Of a stretch of DNA of 64,000 bases, positions 55,446 to 64,000 are shown in pieces. A program made the translations under genes and the position numbers. Source of the DNA: Lobosporangium transversale. Taxonomy: Eukaryota. Under the pieces are notes generated by a model. The model made no database searches and was not told the origin of the DNA. It saw only the letters and a list, made by a program, of their open reading frames with translations. Every line of letters begins with the position of its first letter. Within the stretch, counting starts at the first letter, position 1. Location: the NCBI RefSeq assembly GCF_002105155.1, contig NW_019028988.1:310001-374000 (forward strand). Direction: 5' to 3'.

Positions 55446-55585
55446 GCTGATTAGGATGTAAAGGAAATGAACTTCAAATGAAGTGACTGTAATAAAATAT
55501 CACAACTGTGCCACCCAACCAGCACTAAAACTGTTTTTTTTTAAGTCCTTCTATTATTCTTGCACATTGCATCTTTGTACATTCC

Positions 55586-56168
55586 ATGGCAGAGCGTAAA
55601 GCGACTAACAAGTACTATCCGCCAGACTGGGATCCCTCTAAGGTAAAACTCATAAATAAAAATAAGAAATAGAACGATAAACGAAAGAACAAAGTAATAA
55701 ATATCACCATTTCTATCAATAGGGTTCAATAAACACCTATGTTGGTCAGCATCCATTACGGGACAGAGCCAGGAAGCTTGACCAAGGGATTCTGGTTGTT
55801 CGTTTTGAGCTGCCATACACGATTTGGTGCAACCAATGTGACAATTCAATAGCGAAAGGTAGGCCTATCGCCCTTTAGTTTTCCATTTTCAACAGATTTT
55901 ACTTATGATATCAATAAACATCTTAACCAACATCTTTTTTTTTTTTTTTTTTTTTTTTTTTGCTATAGGTGTCCGTTTCAATGCCGAGAAGAAGAAAATT
56001 GGGAACTACTACTCTACGCCAATCCTCAGTTTTCGGATGAGGTGTCATCTTTGCAGCAACTGGTTCGAAATTCAGACAGACCCGAAGGTGAAAACCTCGT
56101 TCTTCTTGCTTGACAATCTTATCAAATCGAATCAAGTTCATCATATCTGATATGTTGTATCCTTTTGT

Positions 56169-56203
<35 letters not shown>

Positions 56204-56971
56204 TTATTATTATTACTATTATTGTTATCATTATTATCACTATTATACATTCAATTATATTAGAATGCTTTGTATTTAGTTACAGCCGGAGCAAGAAAAA
56301 AAGATGAAGATTTCAACGCTTCCGACAATGAGACTCTAGAACTCGATTCGCCCGAGGAGCTGGAACGGCGAGTTAACGACAAGTTTGCACAGCTAGAACA
56401 CGCTCAAAAGGATGTTCTTAAGGCTCAGCAAGGTGTAACACAATTGACAAGGCTTCAGCAGCTCAATGACCGGCAATGGAGCGACCCTTACACCCAATCA
56501 CAAAGACTTCGTAAGGGATTTCGAACAGAAAAGAAACAGCGGCTCAAAGCCGAAGCGGAATGTCAGGCCATAGCAGATCGTGTTGGCCTGACACTGAAAG
56601 TTTTACCCGAGTCACAACAGGATCGCGATGTAGCCAATAAGACTGAGTTTGCCTCGGGACAAAAAGATCTGCTGGAAAGAAAGTTGAAAGAGATTAAATC
56701 TGGTGCATTGTTTTCGAAGAGCAAAGGCGGTAGTAAAGCAAAGGGTCTTGTCAAATCACCTGGCGTATCAAAGTCATCAGATAAAGTCGTACGGGATCTC
56801 GCTTCTGTAGTGACTACTAACACGCTACTTCAGGTTGACCCATTTCTTATTGGAAATCATAACTCTGGCTCGTCAACTACTGCTCCTATTGTTATAAAGC
56901 CAGCACCAGTCGCCAAGACGCCCTTAGTTTCATATGGTGGCGATGAGTCAAATAGCGATGATGGGCTGTGA
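55586..56971 (+). CDS. CWC16-family splicing factor, YJU2B/CCDC130-like, 4 exons
   Basis: [17 protein letters not shown]|...[57 protein letters not shown]...TDPK. Confidence 0.92.
56169..56246. repeat. Compound trinucleotide microsatellite (TAC)n grading into (TAT)n, intronic
   Basis: About 11 TAC units followed by degenerate TAT units, read directly. Confidence 0.95.
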
Positions 56972-57145
56972 TAATCTCAGCTACTTGATATCATGTAGAT
57001 TGCAATATGCGGGTGCGCGGAGCAAAAGTGGTTTGCTCCGCTTGTACAATAAAGTATTCCGATTCAACCGCTAAATATCCCTTGTTTATAGTGAAAGTTA
57101 GCCAGAATTTATTAAAGTTCATCGAGAAGCTTTCTAGGAGCAGGT

Positions 57146-58582
57146 TCAAGGTTTGATTGCGCGCGACTCGGCTCTTTCTGCATCTAGCTCATGAACCCAG
57201 GCGGTTACCATGGGATGCTTGAATTTACCACGGGTCCCAGCAAAGAAGTCCTCCAGTACCGTGGCCTCGGCTGCATGCATCAACAAAAAAATAAAAACAA
57301 AAATGTTATAGAGAAGATCTTAATTTTTGCTGATTCTGAGATCATCAACCAACTTACAAGTTTCATATTCTAAAGCCTGCATGATCATCTCAAATTTGTC
57401 AAAATCCTTGACCAAATGTGCTTCGGGTGTGTTAGCAGCCTCATACTCCTCCCATAGTTCAGAGATTTCTTGTGCTTGCATAGACCAGCCAAGCAGGTCA
57501 TGGCAAAGATGATGCATGGCATTCTATTATTACATAAGGCAAAACGTGCGAGGATAGTTGATCACTTGTCGGCTCAGTTTTGGAGTCTTCAAGTTGGTCA
57601 AATTTATCTGCTCAAAGTAAACTAACTCGGTTGCGCATACCCTTTCACGCGTACGCTTATCCTCAACTGTAATGCCATCATATGGTGTGATGTCGCCCTA
57701 TCAATGCATTCAATAACATTCAAGCGTGTGAAGTTAATCATACAATGGATAATGATGGATCCAGAGATTGCTCCTATGATCCCATGATGCACATACTACT
57801 AAGCTCTCAGCAAGATCATGAACGAGAGCCATTTTGATACATCTATCTTTGTTGACCCCGGCAGTCTTTTCATCGATCAAAAGCGCCATTATGCTCATCC
57901 TGTACATATGGTCTGCAATCGATTCTGCTGGCTTGATACCATGGTTAATCCATCCTGTTCTCTTTGTGCGCTAGAGGTATATAAAACTTTGTCAGTGATA
58001 TTATAGGCCGCCAAAACGCGTTGCATACCTTTGAGCCCTTTTGTATTCACCTTTAGTTTCTCAACAGTGTGAAGGAACTGGAGTGTCCCTCTGACTGAGT
58101 GAGCCTTGTACTCGCGATTTGAACTAGCATGCGTCTTTCCTGCACTTTGGAGTTCCGTGATGCGGGCGACAACATTAGCTTGACAAGTTTTTTATTTGTT
58201 TATTTTTTTTAAAAAAAAAAAAAAAAAGAAAGAAAAAGGTTAATTCACTATAAATAATAATTGTCACTAAGCAGACGTATAACAACTATTTAACGCTACG
58301 TTCTTCAGGTGATCCTTCCAAGACCTCCAATAACTCTCCATCGTTGAGAGTATGTGGATCTGTGACAAGCTCGCCATTGAAGTCAAGACGAATCAAGGAA
58401 ACAATGGCATCCTCTGATAGGTTGGCAAGGTTCTTGGCGGTGCTGTAAAGCCCTATCTGATCGATTTGCGGCAGGATGCGAATCGAGTTGTCGTGCACTG
58501 CTCCGTTGTACTGGAGTTTAACAACAGGTGATGCCAACAAGTGAGAGGACCCCACTGCGATTGTCTCAGAGAAAGAATCCAT
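57146..58582 (-). CDS. HD-domain 5'-deoxynucleotidase (HDDC2/Ygk1-like) with about 93-aa N-terminal extra domain
   Basis: [18 protein letters not shown]...[10 protein letters not shown]...[15 protein letters not shown]...[12 protein letters not shown]. The HD exon has no in-frame ATG and splices in phase to the 58582 ORF. HD part is high confidence, fusion moderate. Confidence 0.82.
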
Positions 58583-59979
58583 TTAAACTTTCCTTTTTCC
58601 CTCTGCGTTTACTTTCTGTTGCTCCTGCGGAGAAATGTTCTTTTCGCTTGGGAATGTACAGGAAGAAATGAATGCCAGTTTGAAAGGATCGAATTAAGGT
58701 GATGTGGCGTTGCTGTGAATGCATAAATGCAAGAAAATAATTTTGTTTTTTATCCACTAACATAGACCCGAAGCAGTCATCCAACTGTAGTAAACGTAAA
58801 AAGAACGCGTCTTTAAACAATTTATCGGCCATATACGATATAGTTAGTCAACCCTACAAGGCGTGGATTGTTGCATCTTATGACTCTAAGCACATTGATA
58901 ACGCAGTTGATCATGGGATTGGTAAAGGTGAGCAAGGAGCAATAAGCAGTCGATGCAATGGATCCAAAGCTGCTACTCACTATCACAAATAAAGCGGAGC
59001 ATTGCATCAACTCTCTAAGGAACGATTCCATCGGTTTAAACATGATATGAATTACAATGCTCCATCCAGACAGCCAGATTTCGGATCCAACTTATGACTT
59101 ACACACTAAGCGTAACACTCCTATCTACCTCAAAGTTCACAATCGCTGGTACTTCGTAGTACCTTCAAAAAACACGCAGCTAGCGTAAACAAATGAGCAC
59201 GCTTTGAATTATATACGGGCCCAAAGCTTAATATAGATATCATAGACGCCGAGAAGAAATTCAAGTAAGGAGGCGTTGAGGAAAAAAAAACTCGCGCTTT
59301 CGACTATTGGTTAACGTCATCTGATTCAAAAGAGCCAATGGAATAAGGCAAATTGCACTTCAATGCTTGCCTCTTCCTGTTATGCTGAAATAGTTAAGAT
59401 GGGCTGCAAGTGCGGGTGAAATAAGGTTTTCCTACGGACGATGTATGCTTTAAGCCTTGTGTAACCCTCCATTACCACTGCAAACGCTGTGGATGTTTTC
59501 GTTTTTTTAAAAGAGGCATTAGCCTTGAAGTTTTGTCTGAGGAATAAGCATAATACTATCTCACTGAGGTGGCAGGGTCCTGGGTGTTTGAAACAAATCA
59601 TCAGGCTAATAAGCAAAACATATCCCATGGTCCCACCTTCCTTTTTACCAAGCGGGATGAGTTCGAACATGCACTGTGCAGTTGTGGCTTGCTGCGTGCT
59701 ATTAAAGCCCCGCGTTGTTCCCTCATTAATATAAATATATGATTATTTTGCCTGCTTCTCTTTTTTCGTTTTTCTTTTTGGTGGTTTTCTTTTTCTGCTG
59801 GTGGTTGGGTTGTTGGTTTTCTGGCTTAGTCTTACCCTCAACTCATCCAACCCTACTCTCCACTCACACTCTCCACTCACACTTTATCAATTGACTACAC
59901 ATAAAGCGAACCTTTGACTTTTTTTATCTTTGTGCTACACATAACACAACACCTACCATTGACTCATTCCAAAAGCGCA

Positions 59980-62900
59980 ATGTGTAACCACCATTTTGAT
60001 GCTTCCAATGGAGAACATGTCCATGACCACCACAAACCGAATGTCGAACAAGACCAGCCCAATGCTATGAGGGAGGACTCTTTCGAGGTGCCAGACAACT
60101 CAGACGAAGGCCTTGCAAAGGACCACGCCCTTGAGAATGAGCATGAGAACACACCTTTTTACTCTTATCATAATGAGAAGGCTTTGATGCTGGTAAGATG
60201 CAATGGATTACTGCTTACTACTGTATCTTTGACTTTCTGTCTGAAAGCGTGAGAAAGCGTTATGCTTTTGCCTTTTCCGCTCGCAGGGACCACCACTTTG
60301 TGACCTGGAATAATTTAATTTTGTTTGAACATTATAAAGCGATTATTTACAGTTTCTCTTTTTATTTCCATTTCCACGTTCTCACTAACGTCATACGACA
60401 ATTTGTCTTTGTGGATGGGTTGGATTGTCAATCACTGATTTATAGGAAGATAACAAATATCTCGCTCATGAAACCCACACTCCTTCCAAGTCTATCATTT
60501 CAGGACTAGCCACATTACCTAAAAAGAATGCTGTCATGCTTTTTGACAAAACACCAGAGAATCTCCGCAAACTTGATGCTGACGCAGGCATAATGGACGA
60601 GACTAAGTTTGAGGAAAACACCAAGCCCAACTTTGCACCTAATGATGAGATCACGCTTGAACTCCAGTCTCTGTACACTAATTTCCAGAAGTGCCTTGAT
60701 CTTCGCGAGAAGTACATGAAAGTCTCATGTCAGCGCGTGGGTGACGACCCACGCGATAAAGATAGCTGGGAAATTTACCCTCCACCTCCACCTCCTTCCT
60801 GGCCTACTACCGAATATAAGGCACGGGTTCCTGATGGCCCCAATAGTGTTGGTAGTGATTTCGTCCGCGAAGATGTAAAGATCCCTGGTCCCTGTGACCA
60901 TGTCTTTGAAATGGATGATACTGGCGTCTATCAGGTAATGTAGGAGGTTTTTTTTTTTTTTTTTTTTTTTTTGCAGCAAGCAGTATACATTTGGTTTTTA
61001 TGTAAGTATCACTAGAGTGTTGCTTACTGTCACAATTAATTCTTTACCTTTAGGTATATGCAAGCCAGGATGCTCTCGTCAAAAAACAGCCTATTGTACA
61101 AGTCCCCACTCCCAAAGAGTACTTTGTTGACCTCGACTTTGTCCTCTCTGTCATCTCTGACGGTCCTACTAAAAGTTTTGCTTTCCGACGGCTCAAGTAC
61201 CTTGAAAGCAAGTGGAACATGTATATCCTATTAAACGAGTACGAAGAGTTGGCGGAGGCCAAGCGTGTACCCCATCGTGACTTCTACAACGTTCGTAAGG
61301 TTGACACCCATGTGCATCATAGCTCATGCATGAATCAAAAGCACCTACTTCGCTTCATCAAGTCCAAGATGCGCAAAACTCCTAATGACGTCGTCATCTT
61401 TCGCGATGGCAAGGATCTAACCTTGGAAGAAGTGTTTAAGAGCTTGAATCTCACTGCCTATGACCTGAGCATCGACACTATGGATATGCATGTGAGTTAC
61501 TGTGCTTTTCAAGAATGTCTTACCAACTATTATATATTTGACTTCATTCTAATACTGCATTGATTGCTTACTCTCATGTAAATATAGGCGCATAAGGATT
61601 CATTCCATCGCTTCGACAAGTTCAACTTGAAATACAATCCGATTGGCGAATCTCGTTTGCGCGAGATCTTTATGAAGACGGACAACAAGATCAAGGGTCG
61701 TTACCTAGCGGAGATCACTAGGGAAGTCATCTCAGATCTAGAGCAGAGTAAATATCAAATGGCGGAGTATCGCATCTCAATCTATGGCCGCAGTGAGACC
61801 GAATGGGATAAACTTGCAGACTGGGTGGTTGACAACAAGTTATTCTCGCCCAATGTGAGATGGTTGATCCAGGTGCCTCGTCTTTACAACGTCTATAAAG
61901 CTACGAACTCTGTCGAAAACTTTGAGCAGGTTATCCAAAACATCTTCAAGCCTCTGTTCGAGGTAACACGCGACCCTACAAGCCATCCTAACTTACACAT
62001 CTTCCTCCAGCGTGTCATTGGATTCGACTCTGTGGATGATGAGTCCAAGGCAGAGCGCCGCATTTATAAGAAGTACCCATACCCGCGGGTCTGGAATACG
62101 TCTATGAACCCACCTTACAGCTATTATATCTACTACATGTTTGCCAACATGACGAGCCTCAATCGCTTCCGTCAACAGCGAGGATTCAGTAAGTTATCTT
62201 TTTTTTTTTTATTTATTTTTATTTTTATTTTTTTTTTAAGCTCCTGCATGTGGAGATCAACAACCCATTTTTTTTTTTTTTTACTTTTTAAAAGGCACTT
62301 TCGTATTTAGACCTCACTGTGGCGAGGCTGGCGATACGGACCACCTTACTTCTGCATTCCTGACATCGTTTGGTATTTCTCACGGAATCCTTCTTCGCAA
62401 AGTTCCTGCTCTCCAATACATGTATTACCTGACTCAAATGGGTATTGCGATGTCGCCCCTATCTAATAACGCTCTATTCTTGGATTATGAGCGCAACCCC
62501 TTCCCGGTCTTCTTCCATCGCGGACTAAATGTCAGTCTGAGCACTGATGACCCACTGCAATTTCACTTCACTAAGGAGCCTCTTATTGAGGAGTACAGTG
62601 TTGCTGCACAGGTATTTTTTTTTTTTTTTTTTTTTTTTTTCAATCACGATTAAAACTAGGGAACTTACTTTTCTCTATGTTTCTATGTTGCTAGATTTGG
62701 AAGTTATCTGGAGCAGACATGTGTGAAATCTCTCGCAATTCGGTCCTCCAATCTGGATTCGAAAACAAGATCAAGAAGCATTGGATTGGCAAGAAATGGT
62801 ATCTCCCGGGCGTCCAAGGCAATGACATGGAGAAGACTAATGTGCCCAATATCCGTGTCTCCTTCCGTCATGAAACATTGCGTGAAGAGCTGGATATGCT

Positions 62901-63327
62901 TCAGCGTTACTCTCAGTTGGCGCATCCCTCCATGTTCACGAACTTGCATCATGATTTGAGTAAGCGTATGGCTTCGAGCACAGCTTCGCCCGCCATCTTT
63001 GCTCACGGTAGTGGTATTGGCAATAGTGGAACGGGCCAATCGCTTGTTTTAGAATCGCCTTTTGCACTTAACCCCCAGAGTCCTCCGATCGGATGTGGAC
63101 CATTCGAGACGAGTGACATCGGTTTGCTGCAAATGCATCCTCACCTACCAAGAGCTTCTATAGAAACTAGCCGTGAAACTAGTGGTCATACCAACGTGAT
63201 GACGGTCGCACACCAATTGGGAATGATTTCAGTAGTATCAGGCGTCTCGGAGATGGCTGAGCGTGCTGCCGCCAAGAAGAGAGAGAGAAAGCGCCTTGCT
63301 GCAGAACAGAAAGTGGAATTAGAGTAG
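59980..63327 (+). CDS. AMD1: AMP deaminase, 6 exons
   Basis: [66 protein letters not shown]. Confidence 0.97.
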
Positions 63328-63422
63328 ATGTAACGCAACTAATTGAGCTATTCTCTTGCGAATTTGAAGTACCAAAATAAATTTTATTATACACACGTAA
63401 CATAGCTACTGATTTTTATGCT

Positions 63423-64000
63423 CTATGCCTTGGTCTTTTGTTTCTTGTTTGGAGGTTTTCTCCTCTTGTCATTACTGCTGGTATTACTACTACCAAAAGA
63501 ATCCGATCGTCCATTTCCTCTGAGCTCATTAGTAACTTCTTTGGTCCCCATTTTCCCTGCCTTCACGATGTTGCCAACAGTCTCCTCCGGCCCGATGATC
63601 TGCCTCTCTGGGTTGTTCTTGGCCTTACTATTAGATCTTTCAATCAATTTTTCCTCTTTCTTCTCCTTAATTGAAGGTGACCCAGAGATAGCACTGCCAG
63701 TAGTGGCCATGCTGGCCATTTTCCTCTCCCATTGTCTTTTCTTCTTCTCCTTGAGCTTCTGTTTCTGAGCAGCCTTGCGCTCCTCCTTCTTTTTGAGCGA
63801 CTTTTCGCGTTTCTTTTGATTCTTGGCTTTCAGCTTTTCGATCTCCTCCTTTGTTCGCTCCTCCTTCAATGCTCTCTTGTACAATCGGAGGTTGGTTTTG
63901 TGTTCGTGTCCCTTGAGATGTACTTCTACCATGGTCTTGTTCTTAAGGATCTTTTTAGGACAAACTTTGCAGCGAAAATGGGTGTCTTCCTCCTGGTCCT
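63423..64000 (-). CDS. 3' part of a Lys-rich protein with a C2H2-type zinc finger (5' end outside window)
   Basis: FRCKVCPKKILKNKTMVEVHLKGHEH followed by a basic coiled coil; frame open to the window edge. Confidence 0.7.
   Translation of the reverse strand, partial: DQEEDTHFRCKVCPKKILKNKTMVEVHLKGHEHKTNLRLYKRALKEERTKEEIEKLKAKNQKKREKSLKKKEERKAAQKQKLKEKKKRQWERKMASMATTGSAISGSPSIKEKKEEKLIERSNSKAKNNPERQIIGPEETVGNIVKAGKMGTKEVTNELRGNGRSDSFGSSNTSSNDKRRKPPNKKQKTKA

Overview
Eukaryotic, intron-rich fungal DNA, not prokaryotic. Short GT-AG introns, many long poly(A/T) tracts and the gene set (MYSM1-like, Gemin6, GLI/Zic-like C2H2) suggest an early-diverging fungus, probably Mortierellaceae; this is inference. 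About 17 protein-coding genes can be assembled by eye: flavin monooxygenase, RPS5, Reb1/TTF1-like Myb protein, YPP1/TTC7, MYSM1-like, C2H2 TF, mitochondrial bL34, a single-exon bacterial-like membrane protein, Ypt1/Rab1, Snx41/Atg20, tandem-BTB protein, Zn2Cys6 TF, Pns1, Gemin6, YJU2B/CCDC130, HDDC2 with an extra N-terminal domain, and AMP deaminase. There is also a partial Zn-finger gene at the right edge and three decayed elements (LINE RNase H, XPG/PIN-like, Crypton-like). The most notable structures are: (1) a 2.1-kb nested/composite set of non-autonomous DNA transposons with three different 9-bp target-site duplications inside one YPP1/TTC7 intron; (2) an in-frame TGA inside the conserved C-terminal motif of the same gene; (3) a candidate hairpin-gated poison exon in the RPS5 intron. 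No rRNA, tRNA or CRISPR array was seen. Gene spans run start to stop; exon boundaries are manual and some are approximate.
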